Notes under the pieces: model-generated
What the model was told of the DNA's origin: nothing
The model's database searches: none
What the model saw: only the letters and a program-made list of their open reading frames with translations
Translations under genes and position numbers: made by a program
Part shown: positions 28,158 to 35,707 of the stretch, piece by piece
Position numbering within the stretch: position 1 is the first letter of the stretch
Layout: the number at the start of each line of letters is the position of its first letter
NCBI GenBank assembly: GCA_036677445.1
Contig: JAVBWI010000004.1
Span: forward strand, 342,786-406,785
Direction of reading: 5' to 3'
Origin: Clostridia bacterium
Lineage (GTDB): Bacteria > Bacillota > Clostridia > Christensenellales > CAG-138
DNA length: 64,000 nucleotides

Positions 28158-28907
28158 ATGGTAGACCGTAACAGCGTACTGAAATTTATCAAGAAGAACG
28201 ATTTTACTACAACACAGCAGCTATGCGCTGAATTTGGCATCAGCGAAAGCACGGCAAGGCGGGTATTGGATCAGCTGGACTCTCTGGGGCAGATCACCCG
28301 CTTGCACGGGGGGGCGATGCCCGTTTCCGTAACCGGGCAGGCTACGGAGTTTCAAATGCGCAATAGCCTGTTCAAGCAACAGAAGATCGCCATCGCAAAA
28401 ATGGCCGCCGGAATCATCGAGGACTATTCCACAGTGATACTATTGGGCGGCACCACAGTATGCGAACTGTGTCCTTTTATAGAGAACCGTACTATCACCG
28501 TCATTACAAACTCTATTTTAGTGCTCAACGGGCTCAAATACTCGCGCAATGTACGGCTCATACTGCTGGGTGGGCTTTATAATTATCAGGAAGAGGAAGT
28601 GGGCGGTTTGCTGGCCAACAAGGGGCTGAGCACGGTACGCGCCGACCATCTTTTTATGGGCGCTTCGGGTTTTGACGAGCGCTACGGTTTTTCCACCACC
28701 AACGCAGCGGTGGATTTGTATATGAACTGTATTGAAACCAGCGTCACTACATCCGTGCTGGCCGACAGTTCAAAATATATGAAGGGCGGAGCCGCCGTCA
28801 CCGCTTCGTTGGAACAGGTGCAATACCTTTTTACAGACAGCGGGTTGGACCTCAGGGCGCGCAAAGCCATGGAGGAAAAAAACATTTCCGTCATGATCGC
28901 GGACTGA
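28158..28907 (+). CDS. DeoR-family transcriptional regulator
   Basis: N-terminal HTH (TTQQLCAEFGISESTARRVLDQLDSLGQI) plus a DeoR C-terminal domain. Confidence 0.85.
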   Translation: MVDRNSVLKFIKKNDFTTTQQLCAEFGISESTARRVLDQLDSLGQITRLHGGAMPVSVTGQATEFQMRNSLFKQQKIAIAKMAAGIIEDYSTVILLGGTTVCELCPFIENRTITVITNSILVLNGLKYSRNVRLILLGGLYNYQEEEVGGLLANKGLSTVRADHLFMGASGFDERYGFSTTNAAVDLYMNCIETSVTTSVLADSSKYMKGGAAVTASLEQVQYLFTDSGLDLRARKAMEEKNISVMIAD

Positions 28908-28910
28908 ACT

Positions 28911-30191
28911 CTACCTCCGCCTGTCGCGCGATGCGGGGATACCCAGCGCATTTCGGCAGTTCGTGACAGTCCGCTTTGTAACTCGCACGCCTTCCAAGGC
29001 AAGCAGACGGGCAAGCTCTCCGTCGCTGTAAGGCGCCAGCTTGTTTTCCGCAGCAACGATCTGGCCAATCCGCCGGCGAAGCTGGTGGGAGGACAAATGG
29101 GCATCCCCGGAAACGACGGAGGAAAACAGGCTCTTTAAGGCCAGCGTTCCCCGGGGCGTTTCCATATATTTGCCGTTTACGGCCCTGCTTACGGTGGATA
29201 CATGTATGGAAAGCGCGGCCGCCGCATCCGCCATTCTGACGGGCGAAAGGGCATCGCTGCGTTTGAGCAGGTAGTCGCGCTGGGCCGTGCAGAGATACTG
29301 CGCCACGCGCTGCACGGTTTCATGGCGCTTGCGCATGTTGCTGATAAGCTGCTTCGCCCGCAAAAGGCTCCTCCTTAAAAAAGCACATGCTTCCTCGTCC
29401 TGAGGGGAAACGGTCTTTAGATAGGCATAGGATATCTGCGGTTCCCGGTAAATGGCGTTTTGCATGGCGGCAACAGCGTTTCCGTCCTCTTCCACGCACA
29501 GCTTGAGCTCAGGTATAATATACGCGCTCTGCTTGGGCACGTAAAATTCGCTGCCGGGTTTCGGATTCATGGATTTGATGCATGCAATCAGCCCGGTTAC
29601 TTCCGCGCTGTCAATATGAAGCGCCGCCGCAATGAGGCCGATGCGGTTGAACGCCAGATCCACCAGATGATATTTTATCAGCCGATATAAACACATACGC
29701 CGTTCCTCCTGCCGCAGGGCCTGCAGCAGGAGGCACTGCGCAAGATCGCAGGCGCCTATGCCCGGCGGATCCATCCCGCGAAGCACCCGGCGCATAGCCG
29801 CCAATTCGCTTGCCGACGCGCCGGTTTCGGCCGCCGCCGACACAAAGTCGAGCTTTAAATATCCGTTATCGTCCACGCAGGAGATGAGAAATTTCAGTAT
29901 GCCGCGCTGCCGGGGTGAAAGCGCCAGCGCGCCGAGCTGATAGCGCAAATAGTCCTGCAAACCCATTTCGTCGGCCGCGGGACTGTCCGCATATGATAGC
30001 GCGTCGCCGTCGGATAAAAAAGCGGCGCCGTCATTGGGAAACTCCAGCAGGGGATTGGAATAGCACTCGTTTTTTATTGCCTCCAGAAATGCTTCCGTCG
30101 ACAGCTGCAAAACCGCAGCCGACTGTTGCTGCGCGAAACAAAACCGGGATTTCGGTACAGGCTGCTGGGTATTGGAGAGCGTTGGATTCAT
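28911..30191 (-). CDS. rpoN: RNA polymerase sigma-54 factor
   Basis: Gln-rich region I (AQQQSAAVLQLSTEAFLEAI...NPLLE), a PPGIGACDLAQCLLLQ core-binding motif, NPKPG, the HTH IHVSTVSRAVNGKYMETPRGTLALKSLF, and a divergent RpoN box VTKRTVTNCRNALGI. The start is taken at MNPTLS (30191). Confidence 0.85.
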   Translation of the reverse strand: MNPTLSNTQQPVPKSRFCFAQQQSAAVLQLSTEAFLEAIKNECYSNPLLEFPNDGAAFLSDGDALSYADSPAADEMGLQDYLRYQLGALALSPRQRGILKFLISCVDDNGYLKLDFVSAAAETGASASELAAMRRVLRGMDPPGIGACDLAQCLLLQALRQEERRMCLYRLIKYHLVDLAFNRIGLIAAALHIDSAEVTGLIACIKSMNPKPGSEFYVPKQSAYIIPELKLCVEEDGNAVAAMQNAIYREPQISYAYLKTVSPQDEEACAFLRRSLLRAKQLISNMRKRHETVQRVAQYLCTAQRDYLLKRSDALSPVRMADAAAALSIHVSTVSRAVNGKYMETPRGTLALKSLFSSVVSGDAHLSSHQLRRRIGQIVAAENKLAPYSDGELARLLALEGVRVTKRTVTNCRNALGIPASRDRRR

Positions 30192-30383
30192 AGCGATTCC
30201 CCCGCAATGTGTTTTATCACAGCATACCACACTAATTGCATTTACGATATCCAGCAGCGGAAATACCTCATTTCCACACAATCGCTTCTCTTTGTGTGGT
30301 GTTTACGCCCCATTTGTGCCCTTCACAGAAGTGGGAAATATATTTGCTGTATATGAAAATAGATAGGAATTGGAGGTCAACCC

Positions 30384-31037
30384 ATGGAAAACAACGACCG
30401 TACCCAAACCACACAGGCGCAGGCTTTGGTGTTTGATGTGGCAAATGCGGGCAGCACAGCCTGGTACGCCGCATTAGCGCCCCTGGGCGTGCTGCTATGC
30501 AGCGCCGTGGTAGCGTACCTTTGCTGGTATATGATATCCGACCTGAGCATCGTTTCCAAAATCATCGGCGGCCTGCTCGGACTTTTCTTCGTTGGCTACG
30601 TGACCTACTATTACCTTATGTTTTTTCAGAGCAGAAAACACAGCACCGGCCGCGTCGTGATGACAGATACGTACATAGAGTCCGTTACGCAGGAAGGTAC
30701 CAGGCGCTTCATGCTGTCCGACATCGTGTTCAGCATGAGCTACTCCAGTTCCACCAACCTTTGTATGATTGTGGCTACCGATACCGAATACATGACCATG
30801 GATTGCTCCTGCTGCTACCTGTTCACAAAAAAGGGCGTCCTGGCGCTTAAGCCCTTCTATGCCATCAATAAAAGGCTGATGGCATTCAATGAGAAACACA
30901 TCAACTACGTAAAGAGCAAAAAGTACCGCAAGAAGAATCCGTTCGAGATTGCACATTTCATTTTCGAGATCGAGTATTATACGCCCCGCGTGCAGGCACT
31001 GGTGGACCGGCTGCGCAGGGAATACCGGTTTCGATGA
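30384..31037 (+). CDS. Hypothetical membrane protein (two TM segments plus a cytoplasmic domain)
   Basis: 217-aa ORF with a GGAGG RBS and two hydrophobic segments (WYAALAPLGVLLCSAVVAYLCWY; IIGGLLGLFFVGYVTYYYLMFF). I recognised no family. Confidence 0.55.
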   Translation: MENNDRTQTTQAQALVFDVANAGSTAWYAALAPLGVLLCSAVVAYLCWYMISDLSIVSKIIGGLLGLFFVGYVTYYYLMFFQSRKHSTGRVVMTDTYIESVTQEGTRRFMLSDIVFSMSYSSSTNLCMIVATDTEYMTMDCSCCYLFTKKGVLALKPFYAINKRLMAFNEKHINYVKSKKYRKKNPFEIAHFIFEIEYYTPRVQALVDRLRREYRFR

Positions 31038-31139
31038 GGATAAAAATGGAATGTGATTGACATAAAAGGCAGAAGGGGGAATGTGGGGACATATCAGCGT
31101 TGCAATGCCATGATGATTTGACGGAGAAAGGAGGAGGTT

Positions 31140-31508
31140 ATGAAAGATCTGATTTATTCAACAACGGTTGTTAAAATCGGAGCCAGCGCACTGATGTTCC
31201 TCAGTGAGAAAATGCTGATTTTCTTTAATAAAAGAGCGCATTCCGACCTTGCGGAATATTCGGTGCTCATCGACGATGGCGAGGGCGGTTTTAACATTGA
31301 AACAGGGGATTATCTGGTTTTAGGAAACGCGCAATACCGCATCACGGCAATAGGTGATGTGGCTACCCGCAATTTCGAAATGCTCGGCCATGTCGTTGTA
31401 AGGTTCGACGGCAAGGATGTGGCCGCGCTGCCTGGCAATTTCCATGTGGAAAACAAAGAGATTGCCCCAATCACCGAAAACATGACCATATCGTTTGTAA
31501 AAAAATAG
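31140..31508 (+). CDS. srlB: PTS glucitol/sorbitol-family EIIA component
   Basis: 122 aa; the pattern VVKIG..A......MLIFF........L.E.S ... GDYLVLGNAQYRITAIGDVA...LGH is typical of SrlB/GutB. Strong RBS AGGAGGAGG. Confidence 0.8.
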   Translation: MKDLIYSTTVVKIGASALMFLSEKMLIFFNKRAHSDLAEYSVLIDDGEGGFNIETGDYLVLGNAQYRITAIGDVATRNFEMLGHVVVRFDGKDVAALPGNFHVENKEIAPITENMTISFVKK

Positions 31509-31535
31509 CGTACAAACATAAGGAGGTATTCATTC

Positions 31536-32060
31536 ATGGTAACTTTCGTTGAAAACTTTCAGGCAATATTTATCGCCTGCGGGGAAACCTTTTTAAGCCT
31601 GGTGGGCGGCATCGTTCCCATGGTGCTGGTGCTGCTCACTGTGTTCAACGCCATTTCCGCCTTGATCGGCGCCGAGCGCCTGGAGAAGTTCTCCAGGTTC
31701 CTCGCTAAAAACAGGGTCCTCTCTTACACCGTACTGCCCTTCGTCTCCTGGTTCTTCCTGTGCAACCCCATGGTATACAGTGCGGCGAAATTCCTGCCCC
31801 AAAGGCAGCGCGCCAGCTTTATCGACGTTGTTGCCACCACCAACGGCCCCATGCTTTCCATATTCCCGCACGTCAATCCCGCAGAGCTGTTCATTTGGCT
31901 GGGTATTGCGCAGGGTGTTGAAGCATTGGGGCTGCCCATCAGCGGCCTGGCGATCCGCTTCTTTATCGCAGGCTGGGTATTGGCGCTTCTGCGCGGCTTC
32001 ATCACCGAGTGGATTTGGGTATTCCTTGCAAAACGCGAGGGCGTTTCCATTGACGGTTAA
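31536..32060 (+). CDS. srlA: PTS glucitol/sorbitol-family EIIC component (SrlA type)
   Basis: 174 aa, hydrophobic; the N-terminus FVENFQAIFIACGETFLSLVGGIVP resembles the SrlA family. Confidence 0.8.
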   Translation: MVTFVENFQAIFIACGETFLSLVGGIVPMVLVLLTVFNAISALIGAERLEKFSRFLAKNRVLSYTVLPFVSWFFLCNPMVYSAAKFLPQRQRASFIDVVATTNGPMLSIFPHVNPAELFIWLGIAQGVEALGLPISGLAIRFFIAGWVLALLRGFITEWIWVFLAKREGVSIDG

Positions 32061-32075
32061 GGAGGTAAAGAAAAA

Positions 32076-33071
32076 ATGGCGAACTATAGAAGCGTTAAAA
32101 TAGGCAAAGGCGCCAACGGCTGGGGCAAGTACCTTATCGTCACCCCGACCGAGAAAAAGAATAAAGTCGTTTCCATCACGGGCGGCGGTATTCACCCCCT
32201 CGCCGAACGGATAGCAGAACTATCCGGCGGCGTCGCCGTAGATGGCTTTAAAAACCCCGTTTCCAACGACGAGGTATTCTGCGCGGTGGTGGACTGCGGG
32301 GGTACGCTCCGGACCGGCCTCTTCCCCAAGCAGGGCATCCCCACGGTAAATATTCTCGATGGCGGCCCTTCCGGCCCCATGGCGGATTACTGCACCGAGA
32401 ATAACTATGTTTCAGGCACAAAAATAAACAACATTGAGCCTACGGATGAGGCTGCATCCGTAGTGGCGGAGGCTGCAATGGAAAAGAAAGCGTACACCAC
32501 AAGCAAGGAAGAGGCAAAAGGCCAAAACAAATTCCTCAACGCCATCACAAAAGTCATGACCGTTGTTGGCCGGTTCATCGGCAAAATCGTCAACGTGTTC
32601 TTCGGCGGCGCAAGGCAGGCCGTAGACATGATGATCCGCAACGTGATTCCGTTCATGGTATTTATTTCCTTCCTCATCGGTCTTATGACCACCACCGGAT
32701 TTGGCAACTGGATTGCCGGCGGGCTTACCCCCTTTACCGGCACTGTGGGCGGGCTGATCATATTCGCATTGATTATCGGCATCCCCGTGCTCTCCCCCCT
32801 GCTGGCTCCCGGCGCCGTTGTGCAGTCCGTACTGGGCACCATGATCGGTACCCTGATCGCCACCGGCCAGGTATCCCCCTCCCTGGCGCTTCCGGCCCTG
32901 TTTGCCATCAGCGTGGTAGACGCCTGCGACTTCATTCCCGTTGCAGCCGCGCTGGGCGAAGCCGCGCCGGAGACTTCCAGAATAGCGGTTCCCGCTATGC
33001 TCTTCTCCCGGTTTATCACCGCCCCCATTGCAGTGCTGGTCGGCTTTGTGGCGGGCATCGGCTTATTCTAA
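32076..33071 (+). CDS. srlE: PTS glucitol/sorbitol-family EIIBC component (SrlE type)
   Basis: N-terminal soluble IIB part (KGANGWGKYLIVTPTEKKNKVVSITGGGIHPLA) followed by a membrane domain. Confidence 0.8.
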   Translation: MANYRSVKIGKGANGWGKYLIVTPTEKKNKVVSITGGGIHPLAERIAELSGGVAVDGFKNPVSNDEVFCAVVDCGGTLRTGLFPKQGIPTVNILDGGPSGPMADYCTENNYVSGTKINNIEPTDEAASVVAEAAMEKKAYTTSKEEAKGQNKFLNAITKVMTVVGRFIGKIVNVFFGGARQAVDMMIRNVIPFMVFISFLIGLMTTTGFGNWIAGGLTPFTGTVGGLIIFALIIGIPVLSPLLAPGAVVQSVLGTMIGTLIATGQVSPSLALPALFAISVVDACDFIPVAAALGEAAPETSRIAVPAMLFSRFITAPIAVLVGFVAGIGLF

Positions 33072-33179
33072 TACGTATTAACCCGTTTTTTTCAAAGAGA
33101 GAGTTTTTCGTCTGCCAACGTCTAACCAGCCGGTGCGGCGAAAAATTCTCTCCTGCGAAAAACAACGTGATTTATTTTG

Positions 33180-33208
33180 TTGAATAGCCGATCCATTGGC
33201 AATATACT
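33180..33208 (+). promoter_or_regulatory. Candidate internal promoter ahead of ptsH (sigma-A reading; overlaps a sigma-54-like TGGCA-N7-TTGT)
   Basis: TTGAAT (33180-33185), 17 nt spacer, TATACT (33203-33208). The same DNA also reads TGGCAATATACTTGT (33197-33211). Confidence 0.4.
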
Positions 33209-33247
33209 TGTAAATAAATGCTTTTTTGACACTATAACGGAGGATAT

Positions 33248-33505
33248 ATGACACAACGCTTTGAGGTCAAGGGTACCTGCGGGCTGCACGCACGCCCTGC
33301 GCTCCAATTTGTAGAGCTTGCGAAGCGCTTCGAAAGCAATATAACCATCGACAATTCCGGAAAACCCATCGATGCGAAAAGCCTGCTGGCGGTACTGTCC
33401 GCAGGCATCAGCGGCGGCACCGTCATTTCGATTACCGTAGAAGGCAGCGACGAAGCGGCCGCGATGAAAGCACTGGGGGAATATTTGAGTGTCCCTTTGC
33501 AGTGA
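33248..33505 (+). CDS. ptsH: Phosphocarrier protein HPr
   Basis: 85 aa with the His15 motif GLHARPA and the Ser46 context DAKSLLAVLSAG. Confidence 0.9.
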   Translation: MTQRFEVKGTCGLHARPALQFVELAKRFESNITIDNSGKPIDAKSLLAVLSAGISGGTVISITVEGSDEAAAMKALGEYLSVPLQ

Positions 33506-33548
33506 AACAACAGGCAATCCACATCACACACAAGGCAGGAGATCATAC

Positions 33549-35243
33549 ATGAAGGGTACTGCGGTCGTCCCCGGCTATGCCATTGGAAGGGCAGTGGTGC
33601 GTAAAAAATGCGAAAAAGAGATGCCCTTAGCGCTTGACGGCGATATGGCGGTATTGGCGGAGCTGGAACGCTTTGAAACGGCGCTCATAACGTCCATGCG
33701 CAAGCTGGACACATCCTACAAGACCGCCCGGGAGACGTTATCCGGCGAGGAAGCGGAGATATTCGCCGTACACAGGGCGTTATTGGACGACCCGACCCTG
33801 ATTGACGCGATACGCGGACGCATACGTACAGACAAACTGCCCGCTTCGCGCGCAATCGCTTCCGTTATTGACGAATATACCGCTCTGTTTGACAAAATGG
33901 ACGACGAGTATCTGAAGGCGCGCAAGTATGACTTGTTGGAGATCGGCTCCTACCTTACGCAGGCGCTGCATTTTGGCGACGCGGATTGCGCAGCCGGCGG
34001 CGAGGAGCCTTTTTTGTTGGTTACCGCCGAGCTTCTTGCGGGCGATCTTCTCGGCAAGGACGCCAAGCGGATTCTCGGCGTGATCGCCGAACGGGGCAAC
34101 CTTACCGCGCACGCGAGCATTGTCTGCAAAAGCCTGGGGATTCCCTTTGTGATCGGTATAGAGGGCATTACTGAGCTTGCCGCGCAAGGCGTCACGGCGG
34201 TGCTGGACGGCTTTACGGGGACTGTTTTCCTGGAGCCGGATGAAGAGACCTGCCGCAGTTACAGGCAGAAGATTGCGGAGCACAAAGCGCATACGGCGCA
34301 TTTGCAGCAGCTCGTTGGCATACAGGCAGCGACGGCGGACGGCGTGGAAATTCAGCTTTACGGCAATGCGGCTGGTGTTGTCGATGTAAAAGCCGCAGCG
34401 GAAAACGGGGCCGCGGGTATCGGGCTCTTTAGAACCGAGTTCTTATTTATGGACCGGCCGGATGTGCCGGACGAAGAGGAGCAGTTTTGCCTGTACCGGG
34501 ACGCCGCTGTCGCCATGAACGGGCGCTGCCTCACTATCCGCACGATGGATGTGGGCGGCGACAAGGAGATTGCCTCGCTGCAAATGCAAAAGGAGGAAAA
34601 TTCCTTCCTTGGCGTACGGGGGGTGCGTCTGAGCCTGATGCGGCCGGCGTTGTTCCGCACACAGCTTAGGGCGATTTTACGGGCCAGCGCTTACGGCTGC
34701 ATACGTTTGATGTTCCCCATGGTATGTTCAATAGATGAAATTCGGCAAATAAAGGGCATTGTCTTTGATGTGCAGCGGGAGCTGACGCAGCAAGGCATAT
34801 CCTTCGACAACGGCATGCATTTGGGCGTGATGGTGGAAATACCCTCCCTTGCCATAATGGCCGATCTGTTGTTCAACGAGGTGGATTTTGTAAGCATAGG
34901 CACCAACGATCTTACCCAGTACCTGCTTGCCGCCGACAGAACGAACTATGCGCTGCACGGTATCACGTCGGTGTGCCACCCAGCGCTGGTCCGCCTCCTG
35001 CAGAATGTGATCCGTTGCGGCGCCGCGGCGGGCAAGGAAGTTGGCGTATGCGGCGAAATGGCGGGCATGCCCCAATATGTGCCGTTGCTTTTAGGGATAG
35101 GCTTACGGGAATTCAGCGTAAGCCCTCCGCTTGTATCCACCGTAAAGAAAAGTATTCTGGATGCGGTCAGCACCGACTGCGCTGCGCTTGCGGCTTCCGT
35201 ACTAAAGTGTGCTACAGCCGAAGAGGCGGAGATTTTACTGTAA
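33549..35243 (+). CDS. ptsI: Phosphoenolpyruvate-protein phosphotransferase (PTS Enzyme I)
   Basis: Active-site His context GNLTAHASIVCKSLGIPFV, GLFRTEFLF, and the PEP-binding IGTNDLTQY. The start is taken at the ATG at 33549, after AGGAG. Confidence 0.9.
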   Translation: MKGTAVVPGYAIGRAVVRKKCEKEMPLALDGDMAVLAELERFETALITSMRKLDTSYKTARETLSGEEAEIFAVHRALLDDPTLIDAIRGRIRTDKLPASRAIASVIDEYTALFDKMDDEYLKARKYDLLEIGSYLTQALHFGDADCAAGGEEPFLLVTAELLAGDLLGKDAKRILGVIAERGNLTAHASIVCKSLGIPFVIGIEGITELAAQGVTAVLDGFTGTVFLEPDEETCRSYRQKIAEHKAHTAHLQQLVGIQAATADGVEIQLYGNAAGVVDVKAAAENGAAGIGLFRTEFLFMDRPDVPDEEEQFCLYRDAAVAMNGRCLTIRTMDVGGDKEIASLQMQKEENSFLGVRGVRLSLMRPALFRTQLRAILRASAYGCIRLMFPMVCSIDEIRQIKGIVFDVQRELTQQGISFDNGMHLGVMVEIPSLAIMADLLFNEVDFVSIGTNDLTQYLLAADRTNYALHGITSVCHPALVRLLQNVIRCGAAAGKEVGVCGEMAGMPQYVPLLLGIGLREFSVSPPLVSTVKKSILDAVSTDCAALAASVLKCATAEEAEILL

Positions 35244-35249
35244 AGTACC

Positions 35250-35705
35250 GACAAACCCTCCATGGGGGTGTGGGGGAGTAGAAGTGATGTACTCGGGGTT
35301 CTAAAATCGATTCACAGGATCGATTTTTGGCTCTCACGAGCCAACGAACCCGCTTCCCTACGGGAAGCCCCCCACTTAAATCCAATTTAACGACATGAGC
35401 GACATTTTCAGGCTGTCGATAAACCCCTTGGGGATTCGGGGACCGCTTTACAGTTCGCAATGGTCGCACCATTCTCATACGAGTGGTGCTCCCTTGCTCA
35501 CTGGCCTTCCGCCTCGCTTCATCTGCCACCGGCAGCACTCGGCTCCGGCTCCCGGAGGCTTAAGAACCGCCGCCAGCGACATGCGCGGTGGCGGCGGAAA
35601 GCCTTGCGACGCAAGGCTTTCCTTGCAGGAACAACCGCCCGTGCTGTAGGCACAGGTTGTTCCTGTAATCCTCGAAAAAGTGCCGTAAGGTACTTTTTCG
35701 ACAAG
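35250..35705. repeat. Mosaic multi-hairpin intergenic repeat array 3
   Basis: Contains near-copies of array-1 modules: 35290-35376 matches 2913-2997, 35552-35700 matches 2688-2822, and 35413-35440 matches 2650-2677. The module order is permuted. Confidence 0.85.
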
Positions 35706-35707
35706 CC

